In this document: piece after piece, positions 1-9,303 of the stretch
Position numbering within the stretch: position 1 is the stretch's first letter
Layout of the letters: each line of letters starts with the position of its first letter
Origin: Verrucomicrobiia bacterium
GTDB lineage: Bacteria > Verrucomicrobiota > Verrucomicrobiia > Limisphaerales > UBA11358
Direction of reading: 5' to 3'
DNA length: 54,225 nt
NCBI GenBank assembly: GCA_036501565.1
Contig: DASYAA010000053.1
Location: 1 to 54,225 of the forward strand
The notes under the pieces: model-generated
What the model was told of the DNA's origin: nothing
Database searches by the model: none
Seen by the model: only the letters and a program-made list of their open reading frames with translations
Made by a program: the position numbers and the translations under genes

Positions 1-15
1 ACAATGCGGTTCAAG

Positions 16-999
16 TCATTTCAAATTTAATACCTGTTCAATCGTTTCCATGACAGCGCTAATTTCAATCGTAAAAATAGATTGTCCCTTCAACGATTTG
101 ACAGCCCAGTCTGCATGTTGAAACGGATGTGTGTGGATGCGCGAATGGGAACGCATCAACATCACCACGCGCCGGCCCATCGCAACCGCCAGGTGCAGTA
201 ATCCCGTGTCGCCGCCCACGATGAGCGTGGAAAGTTTCATCAAGCCCGCGACCGTCAGTTGCGCAATCCCGGCGGCCACGATAAATCCATCCGCGCGCGC
301 CGGCTCAAGCCGCAGCTTGTCGCCAAGGCCACCGCTGAAAATAACCTGGACTCCGCGTTCGCGCCAGAACTGCGCCAGCGCCAGATATTTTTCAAACGGC
401 CAGTTTTTTTTGGCCGCACTTGTGAACGGCTGGAGGTAAAGCGTGGGTTTAGCCGCGTCGAGGTTATGCGCGGCGAAAAATTGTTTTGCCTCGTCGAGTG
501 ATTCGTCCGGCAGGAAGTATTCGTTGCGGACATTGCCGGTCCGCAGGCCGCACTGTTGCAACAGCGACAGGTTCCACTCCGCCGGATGAATTTTCTGGTT
601 GCGTGGGACACCACGCGTATAGGTCCAGCCGCGCGGTGGATGATACACGCTGCCCCAACGTTCTGGCGCGCCGCTCCACCACGAGAGCAGCGCCGTCTCG
701 CCCAAACCGTGAAAGTCAATCGCCATGGAAAAATTTTCCCGGCGCAGGCGGCGCAGAAGTTGAAATGTGCCCGCGCTCATGGCCGGCAGGTTTGCCGAGC
801 GATAAACCGCGCGGTCTAGCGGGATGATTTCATCCACGTCCGCAAAGCCGCGCAAAATCTGCGCGTTTTCCTTGGAGACAAGAAAGTGCAGCTTCGCTCG
901 CGGGAAATTTTCCCGCACGGCGTGAACGGCAGGCAGCGTGAACACAATATCGCCGATGGATTGAAGGCGAATGAGCAGAATGTTTTCCCGTGCGTCCAT
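16..999 (-). CDS. Glycosyltransferase family 9 (ADP-heptose:LPS heptosyltransferase-like)
   Basis: 327-aa ORF with ATG at 997-999. 'ILLIRLQSIGDIVFTLPA' N-terminus and 'GGDTGLLHLAVAMG' near the C-terminus are typical of GT9. Lies 5 nt downstream of mpl. Confidence 0.8.
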   Translation of the reverse strand: MDARENILLIRLQSIGDIVFTLPAVHAVRENFPRAKLHFLVSKENAQILRGFADVDEIIPLDRAVYRSANLPAMSAGTFQLLRRLRRENFSMAIDFHGLGETALLSWWSGAPERWGSVYHPPRGWTYTRGVPRNQKIHPAEWNLSLLQQCGLRTGNVRNEYFLPDESLDEAKQFFAAHNLDAAKPTLYLQPFTSAAKKNWPFEKYLALAQFWRERGVQVIFSGGLGDKLRLEPARADGFIVAAGIAQLTVAGLMKLSTLIVGGDTGLLHLAVAMGRRVVMLMRSHSRIHTHPFQHADWAVKSLKGQSIFTIEISAVMETIEQVLNLK

Positions 1000-1004
1000 G
1001 AAAA

Positions 1005-2432
1005 TTACGAACGACTGGCACTTGATTTTTCAGCCTGTTTCATTGCCAGACGTTCCAGCAATTTTCCGTGGATGCCACCAAAACCGCCGTTGCTGAAAAT
1101 GCAAACCACATCGCCGCCTTGAACGTTTTTTGAAATATGCGCGACGATTGAATCCGCGTCCGGCAGATACGCCGCGTTTTTTTTCGCCGCGTTCAAATCC
1201 TGCATCAGCTTTTCCGGGTTCAATCGTTCTTCGGCGGGCAATTGCTCCAATCGCGCGACTTCCGAAACGACAACGGCATCCGCGTCGGCAAATGACGACG
1301 CCAATTCGTCCTGAAAAACTTTGCGTCGCGTCGTGTTGCTGCGCGGCTCGAAAATCGCCCAAATTTTTTGGTGCGGGTATTTGATTCGCAATGCTCGCAA
1401 TGTCTCGCGGATCGCCGTCGGATGGTGACCAAAATCATCAATCACCGTCACGCCGCCCGCAATGCCGCGCACTTCCATCCGCCGCTTGATGCCTTTGAAA
1501 GTATCGAACGCGCTTTGAATTTGTTTGTTGGAAAGTCCGCAATGCTTTGACGCTGCAACGACTGCGAGTGCATTGCGGACATTCAACTCGCCAATCAAAT
1601 TCAAATGAAACGCGAAACTCGGAATCTCAAATTCCGTCGCCGTCGGGCCATAACGAATGTTGAATGCTTGAGCAGAATTATTTTCGCCGAGGCCGAATTT
1701 TTTCACCGGACAATGCGTGACGTTCAACAACGGCGCGAGATTTTCGTCATCGCCGTTGCCGAGCAGCAAGCCGTTTCGCGGAATCAGCCGGATGAAATGC
1801 GAAAACGATTTTTTTATCGCGTCAAGATTTTCAAAGATGTCCGCGTGATCGAATTCGAGATTGTTGACGATGGTGATTTCCGGCAGGTAATGGACGAACT
1901 TGCTGCGCTTGTCGAAAAATGCGGTGTCGTATTCGTCGCCCTCGATGATGAACCATTCGCTGTCCGTGAACCGCGCGCCTTGCGAAAAATTATTCGGAAT
2001 GCCGCCGATGAAAAAACTTGGGTTCAATCCGTTGTGTTCAAAAACCCACGCGAGCAGCGAAGTCGTCGTGGTTTTTCCGTGAGTTCCAGAAACAACAATC
2101 GAGCGTTTGCCGCGAATAAAAAATTCCTTCAACAATTCCGGCAGCGAGCAATAGCGCAATTTGTGGTCGAGAACAAATTCCGCTTCGGGATTGCCGCGCG
2201 AAATCGCGTTGCCGATGACGACCAAATCCGGTTTGTGCGAAAGATTTTTTTCGTCGTAGCCGTTCATCACGGCGATTTTTTTGGCGGCGAGAAACGATGC
2301 CATCGGCTCATAAACATTTTGATCCGAGCCGATGACGGCAAAACCTTTATCGAGCATTGCGGATGCGGCGGACGCCATCGCCGTGCCGCCGATGCCGGTG
2401 AAGTGGACTGATTTGATTTCCGATGAAAACAT
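1005..2432 (-). CDS. mpl: UDP-N-acetylmuramate:L-alanyl-gamma-D-glutamyl-meso-diaminopimelate ligase (murein peptide ligase)
   Basis: 475 aa. 'GTHGKTTTTSLLAW' P-loop and the Mpl-type 'EGDEYDTAFFDKRSKFVHY...NNLEFDHADIF' block. ATG at 2430-2432. Confidence 0.88.
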   Translation of the reverse strand: MFSSEIKSVHFTGIGGTAMASAASAMLDKGFAVIGSDQNVYEPMASFLAAKKIAVMNGYDEKNLSHKPDLVVIGNAISRGNPEAEFVLDHKLRYCSLPELLKEFFIRGKRSIVVSGTHGKTTTTSLLAWVFEHNGLNPSFFIGGIPNNFSQGARFTDSEWFIIEGDEYDTAFFDKRSKFVHYLPEITIVNNLEFDHADIFENLDAIKKSFSHFIRLIPRNGLLLGNGDDENLAPLLNVTHCPVKKFGLGENNSAQAFNIRYGPTATEFEIPSFAFHLNLIGELNVRNALAVVAASKHCGLSNKQIQSAFDTFKGIKRRMEVRGIAGGVTVIDDFGHHPTAIRETLRALRIKYPHQKIWAIFEPRSNTTRRKVFQDELASSFADADAVVVSEVARLEQLPAEERLNPEKLMQDLNAAKKNAAYLPDADSIVAHISKNVQGGDVVCIFSNGGFGGIHGKLLERLAMKQAEKSSASRS

Positions 2433-2440
2433 TTCGAAGA

Positions 2441-2499
2441 TTAAACCACCAAGTCACCAAGGCACAAAGTTTTTTGATTCTTGGTGTCTTGGTGGTTAA
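2441..2499. repeat. Inverted tandem-word hairpin (CACCAAG words) between gatB stop and mpl start
   Basis: Left arm ACCACCAAGTCACCAAG (2445-2461) is complementary to CTTGGTGTCTTGGTGGT (2480-2496). This gives a 17/18 bp stem and an 18-nt loop. No U-tract follows on the minus strand. Confidence 0.75.
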
Positions 2500-3956
2500 G
2501 TTTTGAGCTTCTTTTCCAAAATTGCACCAGCCAGATTCAGGTTTGCCTTACCCTTACTTAATTTCATTACCTGGCCTTTTAGAAAATTCAACGCAACAGT
2601 TTTACCAGACTTAAAATCATCAACTGGCCCCGGATTTGAGGTAATGACTTCATCGCAAAGTTTTTCAATTGCGTGAGTATCACTAACTTGAACCAGACCT
2701 CGTTCTAGAATGATAACTTGAACATCGTTGCGGTCGGATTCAAACATTTCAATTACAACCTGTTGATAGCCTGTTGAGTTGATTTCTCCTAGGACAAATG
2801 ACTGACTAACAGCGTTGCTTCCACTTGGCTCTATTTTGAAATGCGACCAATCCATTCCTTTTGCATCCAGCCTTGGACGCCACTGTTGAATAATAGTATT
2901 TACAATCGCTCTTAATATGCGAGTTTCGTCGTCTGTTGGTAATTTCTTCTCAACTAATTCTTGAGCGCACCTCTCAAAATAACTACTGGCACCAGAATCA
3001 TTTTTCAATGCTTCAGCTTGGTCTGCTGTAAGCCTATAAATTTGCATGAACCGTTCTTTGCGCGCGAGCGGCAATTCGACAACGCGTGAATTAATTTTTT
3101 CGAGCCATTTCTCGGTCGGCGCGAGCGGCATCAAATCCGGTTCGGGAAAATAACGGTAATCGTGCGCGTGCTCTTTCGTCCGCATTTCCTCGGTGATTTC
3201 GGCAACGTCATTCCAGCGACGCGTAGATTGGATCAATTTCCCGCCTTTTTTCAGCACTTCAATCTGGCGCGGGATTTCGTATTCGAGCGCGCGGCGCACG
3301 CCGGAAAAACTGTTCATGTTTTTGATCTCGATTTTTGCGCCGAGTTCTTTTGTGCCGACAGGCCGGATGGAAACATTCACATCGCAACGCACCATGCCTT
3401 TTTCCATGTCGCAATCGCTGATTTTTCCGTAACGAAGAATTTCAACGAGCGCGTTGAGATATTCGTAAGCCTGGTCGGCGCTCGTCAAATCCGGCTCGGA
3501 AACGATTTCCATAAGCGGGACGCCGGCGCGGTTGAAATCCACGCCGCTGTTGCGGTCGAAATGAAAATTTTTGCCGACGTCTTCTTCCAAATGCGCTCGC
3601 GTGATATGCACGCGCGAAAGACCACCATTGAATTCAAATTCGACGCAGCCGTTTTGGGTCGAAGGCCGGTCGTATTGCGTGATTTGATAATTTTTCGCGA
3701 CGTCGGGATAAAAATAATTTTTACGGTCGAATTTTGCGCGTGGCGGAATTTCACAATTCAACAGCAAGCCGGTCAAAACAGTGAGCTTTAGCGCTTCTTC
3801 ATTTGCGACGGGCAGAACGCCGGGCATTCCCAAACAAACCGGACAGACGTTGGTGTTCGGTTCCGCGCCAAAAGCGTTGGCGCAACCGCACCACATTTTC
3901 GATTTTGTTTTGAGTTGGACGTGCGTTTCCAGCCCGATGACGGCTTCGTATTCCAT
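2496..3956 (-). CDS. gatB: Asp-tRNA(Asn)/Glu-tRNA(Gln) amidotransferase subunit B
   Basis: 486 aa. 'YEAVIGLETHVQL', 'CPVCLGMPGVLPV', and C-terminal 'GQVMKLSKGKANLN' (YqeY-like tail). ATG at 3954-3956. Confidence 0.95.
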   Translation of the reverse strand: MEYEAVIGLETHVQLKTKSKMWCGCANAFGAEPNTNVCPVCLGMPGVLPVANEEALKLTVLTGLLLNCEIPPRAKFDRKNYFYPDVAKNYQITQYDRPSTQNGCVEFEFNGGLSRVHITRAHLEEDVGKNFHFDRNSGVDFNRAGVPLMEIVSEPDLTSADQAYEYLNALVEILRYGKISDCDMEKGMVRCDVNVSIRPVGTKELGAKIEIKNMNSFSGVRRALEYEIPRQIEVLKKGGKLIQSTRRWNDVAEITEEMRTKEHAHDYRYFPEPDLMPLAPTEKWLEKINSRVVELPLARKERFMQIYRLTADQAEALKNDSGASSYFERCAQELVEKKLPTDDETRILRAIVNTIIQQWRPRLDAKGMDWSHFKIEPSGSNAVSQSFVLGEINSTGYQQVVIEMFESDRNDVQVIILERGLVQVSDTHAIEKLCDEVITSNPGPVDDFKSGKTVALNFLKGQVMKLSKGKANLNLAGAILEKKLKT

Positions 3957-4071
3957 TGCGGGAAAAATTTAACCACAGGCAAAGCCGACTTGCACGCTGA
4001 AGTTGAAAAACGAAACGAATGAAAAAGACTTGCGCGGCACTTGCATTGACGAGGCAAATCGTCTTTGGGAA

Positions 4072-4248
4072 TCACTGTGCCGGATTCAAAATCAATCGCA
4101 CCAGTTCCACGGTTCCCAACAGCAGGGCAATCACCAGCAGTGAACCCCAAATGTCAAACTTGGCCTTCAGTGCATGATTGATGGGAGTGATGGGATTTAT
4201 CAAATGATAAAGACCGCTGCGATTTGTTTTGCGGATGACACTTTTCAT
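4072..4248 (-). CDS. Possible small membrane protein (58 aa, C-terminal TM helix)
   Basis: Hand-translated as MKSVIRKTNRSGLYHLINPITPINHALKAKFDIWGSLLVIALLLGTVELVRLILNPAQ*. Below the ORF-track size cutoff. Lies 90 nt downstream of the RND pump on the same strand. No homology recognised. Confidence 0.25.
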   Translation of the reverse strand: MKSVIRKTNRSGLYHLINPITPINHALKAKFDIWGSLLVIALLLGTVELVRLILNPAQ

Positions 4249-4338
4249 GGTGCTTCACTTTGAGCATGAACCAAGCCAAATTGTGAAGGTCGAAAATCAA
4301 ACGCTTCATCGTTTTTATGTTTCAGAATTTGTCCAAAA

Positions 4339-7300
4339 TCAAGCCACCGCCGGACTGTCGCCGGTTCCAATGGAAGCGGATTTATGATGACGTTTTCGCT
4401 TCACCCATTCCTGAAACGATTCCAAATAAAGATAAATTACCGGCGTGATGTAGAGTGTCAGACATTGAGACACGACGAGTCCACCGACAACGCACAAACC
4501 GAGTGCGCGACGGGATGGACCGCCGGCGCCAATTCCCAGCGCGATGGGCAGCGTAGCCATCAGCGCGGACATCGTGGTCATCATGATGGGACGGAAACGC
4601 AGCAGACAACCTTCGTGAATGGCTTCGTCCGGTTTTTTTCCATGCTCACGTTGCGCATTGATGGCGAAGTCAATCATCATAATGGCGTTTTTCTTCACGA
4701 GACCGACGAGCATGATGAGGCCGACGAAACCGTAAATGTTCAGGTCGAGATGAAAAATCATCAGCGTCAGCAGCGCACCAAATCCCGCCGATGGCAAGCC
4801 GGACAAAATCGTGAGCGGATGGATGAAACTTTCGTAGAGAATTCCAAGAATGATGTAGATGACGAGAATTGACGTGATGAGCAGCAAGCCGAGTCCCTTG
4901 ACGGACGATTGAAATACCGCCGCCGAGCCTTGAAAGCTACCGCTGATGGTCGCAGGCAAATGCAGATCACTTTCAACTTTTTGCACTTGCTCGACGGCTG
5001 TGCCAAGCGAAACACCCGGCGCAAGATTGAATGAAATCGTGACTGCCGGCAATTGTCCGACGTGCGAAATGCTCGTCGGCCCGATGCTGCGCGTGATTTT
5101 CGCCACTGCACTCAACGGAACGAGTATGGGCGTGCCGTTGGTGGTGGTGTTCGCGCTGGTGATGTAAAGCCGCGCGAGCGCGTCGGGGTCGAGTTGAAAT
5201 TGCGGCAGCACTTCAAACACGACCCAATATTCGGCGATGTCGGTGTAAATCGTGGAGGACTGGCGTTCGCCAAACGCATCGTAGAGGCCATTTTCAATCT
5301 GCTGCGGCGTGACGCCAAGCGTGGCGGCTTTGTCGCGGTCAATTTCCACGTTGACTTGCGGGCTTTTGATTTGCAAATCGCTCGTCACGTCCTGAAATCC
5401 GAGTTGCTGCGACAATTTTTGCGTCAAAATCGGCGCCCAATGAAAAAGCTCGTTCACATCCGTGTCCTGCAAAGCGTATTGATATAGCGATTTGGTCAGG
5501 TGTCCGCCGATGTGAATCAGCGGCGGATTTTGCATGAAGACGTTGATGCCCGGAATTTGCGCGAGCTTCGCGCGAAGTTCCTGAATGATTTGATCGGCGG
5601 TTAATTTGCGTTTGTCCTGCAAACGCATGAACATGCGCCCGTCGTTCAACGTGGAGGACGAACCGCCCGCGCCGATGAAAGATCCGAAACCGGCGACGTT
5701 GTTCGTGTCGGCGGCGACAATTTTCGCCGCGGCAAGCTGGTGTTTTTCCATCGCATCGAATGAAATGTCTTCCGATGCTTCCGTAATCGCAAAAATCTGG
5801 CCCGTGTCTTCGTCCGGGAAAAATCCTTTTGGAATGACATAAAATAAAATCAGCGTTGCCACTAAAACAACAAACGAAACCATCAGCGTGGCAAAGCGAT
5901 GGCGCAATGTGACTTGGAGCGTCCGGTCATAACCGCCGCGCAATCGATCAAAAAAACGCTCAAAGAAATTGTAAAGTCGCCCGTGTTTTTTCCCCTTTTC
6001 CGAATGAACGAAACGGCTGCACATCATTGGCGTCAACGTCAGCGAAACAAAGCCGGAAACCAAAACCGCGACGACAATCGTCACCGCGAATTCATGCAGC
6101 AATCGTCCGAGCAATCCGCTCATGAACAAAACCGGAATGAAAACCGCTGTGAGCGAGAGCGTCATAGAAATGATGGTGAAGCCGATTTCCTTCGAGCCTT
6201 TGAGCGCGGCTTCCATCGGCGGCTCGCCGTTTTCCATGTGGCGCACGATATTTTCAAGCATGACAATCGCGTCGTCCACGACGAAACCGACGCACAGCGT
6301 GAGCGCCATGAGCGAAAGATTGTCGAGGCTGTAATTGAGCAGCGACATCACGGCAAATGTGCCGATGATGGACATCGGCAGCGCAAGGCTCGGAATAATC
6401 GTGGCCGAAAGATTTCGCAGAAAAAGAAAAATGATCAGCACGACAAGGCACACGGCGAGAAACAAAGTGTGCTCCACGTCGGCAACCGAAGTACGAATGG
6501 ATTGCGAGCGGTCGAACAAAATATCCAAGTGCACCGCCGCCGGAACCTGCTCGCGAAATTGCGGCAGCATTTTTTTGATATTGTCCACGACTTCAACCGT
6601 GTTCGCGCCGGGCTGCCTTTGGATGGCGAGAATGACGGCGCGTGTGCCGCCGGCGGACGTGTAATACCATGCGGCGACTTTGTCATTTTGCACGCTGTCC
6701 AGCACGTTTCCCAATTCCTGCAACCGCACCGGATTGCCGTTGCGATAGGCGACGATCATTGGCCGAAACGCCGCCGCGTTTTCGAGTTGCCCGTTTGCCT
6801 GCACGACAAACGCCTGATGTTTTCCGTAAAGCGTGCCCAGCGGCTGGTCCACGTTGCCTTGCTCAACGGCTTGCTCGACTTGATCAATTCCCAATCCGTA
6901 AGACGCGAGTTTGTCCGGGTCAACCTGGATGCGCACGGCATATTGTTGCGAACCATAAACGCTCACTTGCGCGACGCCGCTGACCATTGAAATTCTTTCG
7001 GCCAGTAAATTTTCCGCATAATCGTCCACTTTGGACAGCGGCAACGTCGGCGATGACATGGCGATGTAAAGAACCGGCGAGTCCGCTGGATTGACTTTGC
7101 TGTAACTCGGCGGGCTGGGCATGTTTGGCGGCAACTGTTTGGCCGCGCGCGCGATGGCGGCGTTCACGTCCTCCGCCGCCGCGTCGATGTTTCGGTCGAG
7201 CGAAAATTGAATCGTAATTTGCGCCGAGCCTTGCGCGCTGATGGAAGACATCGAGTCCACGCCCGGGATTATCGAAAATTGTTTTTCCAACGGCGTCGCG

Positions 7301-7488
7301 ACGGCGGAAGCCATCGTCTCTGGACTCGCGCCGGACAAATTCGCCGAGACATTGATCGTGGGATAATCCACGCTCGGCAAATCGCTGACGGGCAAAAAAT
7401 GATAGCCAACGAGGCCGAACAGCAAAATCGCCATCATGACCAGCGTGGTCATCACCGGGCGGCGTATGAAAAGTTCGGGAACGCTCAT
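4339..7488 (-). CDS. RND (HAE1-type) multidrug efflux permease, AcrB/MdtB-like
   Basis: 1049 aa. 'FIRRPVMTTLVMMAILLFG' N-terminus, 12-TM/two-large-loop architecture, and a duplicated 'VGLVKKNAIMMIDF'-type motif. Confidence 0.93.
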   Translation of the reverse strand: MSVPELFIRRPVMTTLVMMAILLFGLVGYHFLPVSDLPSVDYPTINVSANLSGASPETMASAVATPLEKQFSIIPGVDSMSSISAQGSAQITIQFSLDRNIDAAAEDVNAAIARAAKQLPPNMPSPPSYSKVNPADSPVLYIAMSSPTLPLSKVDDYAENLLAERISMVSGVAQVSVYGSQQYAVRIQVDPDKLASYGLGIDQVEQAVEQGNVDQPLGTLYGKHQAFVVQANGQLENAAAFRPMIVAYRNGNPVRLQELGNVLDSVQNDKVAAWYYTSAGGTRAVILAIQRQPGANTVEVVDNIKKMLPQFREQVPAAVHLDILFDRSQSIRTSVADVEHTLFLAVCLVVLIIFLFLRNLSATIIPSLALPMSIIGTFAVMSLLNYSLDNLSLMALTLCVGFVVDDAIVMLENIVRHMENGEPPMEAALKGSKEIGFTIISMTLSLTAVFIPVLFMSGLLGRLLHEFAVTIVVAVLVSGFVSLTLTPMMCSRFVHSEKGKKHGRLYNFFERFFDRLRGGYDRTLQVTLRHRFATLMVSFVVLVATLILFYVIPKGFFPDEDTGQIFAITEASEDISFDAMEKHQLAAAKIVAADTNNVAGFGSFIGAGGSSSTLNDGRMFMRLQDKRKLTADQIIQELRAKLAQIPGINVFMQNPPLIHIGGHLTKSLYQYALQDTDVNELFHWAPILTQKLSQQLGFQDVTSDLQIKSPQVNVEIDRDKAATLGVTPQQIENGLYDAFGERQSSTIYTDIAEYWVVFEVLPQFQLDPDALARLYITSANTTTNGTPILVPLSAVAKITRSIGPTSISHVGQLPAVTISFNLAPGVSLGTAVEQVQKVESDLHLPATISGSFQGSAAVFQSSVKGLGLLLITSILVIYIILGILYESFIHPLTILSGLPSAGFGALLTLMIFHLDLNIYGFVGLIMLVGLVKKNAIMMIDFAINAQREHGKKPDEAIHEGCLLRFRPIMMTTMSALMATLPIALGIGAGGPSRRALGLCVVGGLVVSQCLTLYITPVIYLYLESFQEWVKRKRHHKSASIGTGDSPAVA

Positions 7489-7508
7489 GGCAAATTAAAA
7501 TTCAACAT

Positions 7509-8603
7509 TCACTTTGCCATTGAATTTGTGGACGCAGCGGAGTCAGTGGAACTTTTGACAACGACTTTGACGTTTGGCGCGAGGCGCAATTGGCCGTCCG
7601 TCACGACTGTTTCACCCGCCTGCAAACCTTTTTCAACAACCGTTTCGCCGTCATAAACAATTCCAATTGTCACCGGACGCTCTTCAACAGTCTGATTCGC
7701 ACTGACGACATAAATGAACTGGCCGTTTTGTCCCGTCTGCACCGCTTGCGATGGAACAACGATTGCATTTGTCAATTCCGACAACGTCAGAGTGACGTTC
7801 ACAAATTGTCCCGGCCACAAGGCGCTGTTTTCATTTGGAAAAGTCGCCTTGAGCAGAATTGTTCCTGTCGTTTCGTCCACCGAGTTATCCACAAAAGTCA
7901 ACTCGCCCTGTGGCGGTTCGCCGTTCATGTTTTCAAACGAGACGGAAGCTTTCAGCGCGTGCTGCGCCATTTGTCTTTTGATTTCCGGCAGAAATTGTTC
8001 CGGCACGGCGAACTCGACGTAAATGGGACGAATCTGATTGATGGTCAGCAACGTGTCGTCCGGCGCTTTCACGACATCGCCTTCGTGCTTTTGCAGGCTG
8101 CCCGCGACTCCGTCCAATGGCGCGCGGATTTCCGTGAACTCCAGATTCAATTCGTCAGATTTCACGGTTGCCGCCAGCGTATCCCTGTTGGCTTTGCTCG
8201 TGTCAAATTGATCCTGCGATTCAATTTTTGCCTCGAAAAGTTTTTTATCGCGATTGAATTGCAATTGCGCATTTTCCAATTGCGCCTGGTCGTGCGCCAA
8301 AACCGCCTGCGTCGGGCGCGGGTCAATCGTGAAAAGCAAAGCGTTCGATTCCACCTCCGAGCCTTCCTTGAAATGAATCTGGCTGATAATGCCGCCGATT
8401 TGCGAGTGGATCGTCACCGTTGAAATCGGCGTCACATGGCCGACAGGCGGCGGCTGGATTTGCACCGGAACATTGGTTACGACGGCTTTGGCGACCAGCA
8501 CCGGCGCGCCGGCCATTTCATTTTTTGCGCCGCGCGAACAGCCGTCGAGCAACATTGCCGCGCAAAAAGCCAGCGACGCTGGAATTAAAATGAATTTTTT
8601 CAT
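7509..8603 (-). CDS. RND efflux periplasmic adaptor (membrane fusion protein)
   Basis: 364 aa. Signal/lipobox-like 'MLLDGCS', coiled-coil hairpin region and beta-barrel C-terminus typical of the HlyD/AcrA family. Lies 20 nt upstream of the RND gene. Confidence 0.88.
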   Translation of the reverse strand: MKKFILIPASLAFCAAMLLDGCSRGAKNEMAGAPVLVAKAVVTNVPVQIQPPPVGHVTPISTVTIHSQIGGIISQIHFKEGSEVESNALLFTIDPRPTQAVLAHDQAQLENAQLQFNRDKKLFEAKIESQDQFDTSKANRDTLAATVKSDELNLEFTEIRAPLDGVAGSLQKHEGDVVKAPDDTLLTINQIRPIYVEFAVPEQFLPEIKRQMAQHALKASVSFENMNGEPPQGELTFVDNSVDETTGTILLKATFPNENSALWPGQFVNVTLTLSELTNAIVVPSQAVQTGQNGQFIYVVSANQTVEERPVTIGIVYDGETVVEKGLQAGETVVTDGQLRLAPNVKVVVKSSTDSAASTNSMAK

Positions 8604-8622
8604 GCAATTTTATTTTGCGAAA

Positions 8623-9258
8623 TTAATTTTGACGGCCTGTACTTTGATTGGTTGAAAACGCCGCCGCGAATTTTTTCAAAAACGCCGCGTGTGCGCGCTG
8701 GAATTTCGGGTCGCGCACCGTCCGGCCCATGATGAATCGTGTCAATTGCGGAAACGCCATCGGATACATCGTCAGCGATTGCATCGCCAGCGCCAGATGA
8801 CGCGCGTCAAATTCAGATGACAATTCTCCGCGCGCCTGCCGCTCACGCAGGCGCGTCAACCAATCCGCCGCCTGCGCCTGTCTTTCTTTTTCGTCAATCA
8901 CTTTTTGCCCGTCGCCTTGCAATGCCTCCCATTCAAGCAACCGGATCCAATCCGCGTCGTCGCACGCGGTCTTGAACCAAAACGGAAGCCGTTGCGCCGG
9001 ATCGCTGGACAAATTCAATCCCCACGCGCGGCGCTCGGCGATTTTGTTGCGCAAGACCGCGCGGAACAGTTTTTCCTTGCCGCCGAAATAATGGTAAAGC
9101 ATCCGCTTGTTGATGGCGGCGCGGCGCGCAATGACATCAATGCGCGCGCCCGCGAAACCTTTCGCGGCGAATTCCTTCAGCGCGGCGGACAAAATGCGCT
9201 CGCGCGTGCGCGCGGGATTGCGCGTCGCGGCATTTCCAGTTTTGACAGTTCGAGCCAT
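8623..9258 (-). CDS. TetR/AcrR family transcriptional regulator
   Basis: HTH 'RERILSAALKEFAAKGFAGARIDVIARRAAINKRMLYHYF'. The track start (9282) is TTG. ATG at 9258 (MARTVK...) leaves a normal-length N-terminus; ATG at 9279 is an alternative. Confidence 0.85.
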   Translation of the reverse strand: MARTVKTGNAATRNPARTRERILSAALKEFAAKGFAGARIDVIARRAAINKRMLYHYFGGKEKLFRAVLRNKIAERRAWGLNLSSDPAQRLPFWFKTACDDADWIRLLEWEALQGDGQKVIDEKERQAQAADWLTRLRERQARGELSSEFDARHLALAMQSLTMYPMAFPQLTRFIMGRTVRDPKFQRAHAAFLKKFAAAFSTNQSTGRQN

Positions 9259-9269
9259 GCGCTCCCAAT

Positions 9270-9289
9270 AAGTAACCATCAAGTTACTT
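9270..9289. promoter_or_regulatory. Candidate TetR operator palindrome
   Basis: AAGTAAC-catcaa-GTTACTT (7-bp perfect inverted repeat, 6-nt spacer). It sits between the gatA stop (9304) and the tetR start. Confidence 0.45.
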
Positions 9290-9303
9290 GGAACGCAAGT
9301 GTT

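Noticed and set aside
3788-4150. 120-aa minus-strand ORF overlapping the gatB start
   Set aside because: It overlaps the gatB 5' end out of frame, and its composition is Arg/Cys/Ser-rich. It is more likely non-coding gatB promoter or leader sequence.
5899-6990. 363-aa plus-strand ORF inside the RND pump gene, plus similar long antisense ORFs at 1605-2411, 3162-3791, 7590-8423, 14545-15507, 33488-34330 and 43385-44173
   Set aside because: All lie fully within confidently identified genes on the other strand and translate to Arg/His-rich junk. This is typical of frames lacking stop codons opposite GC-biased codons.
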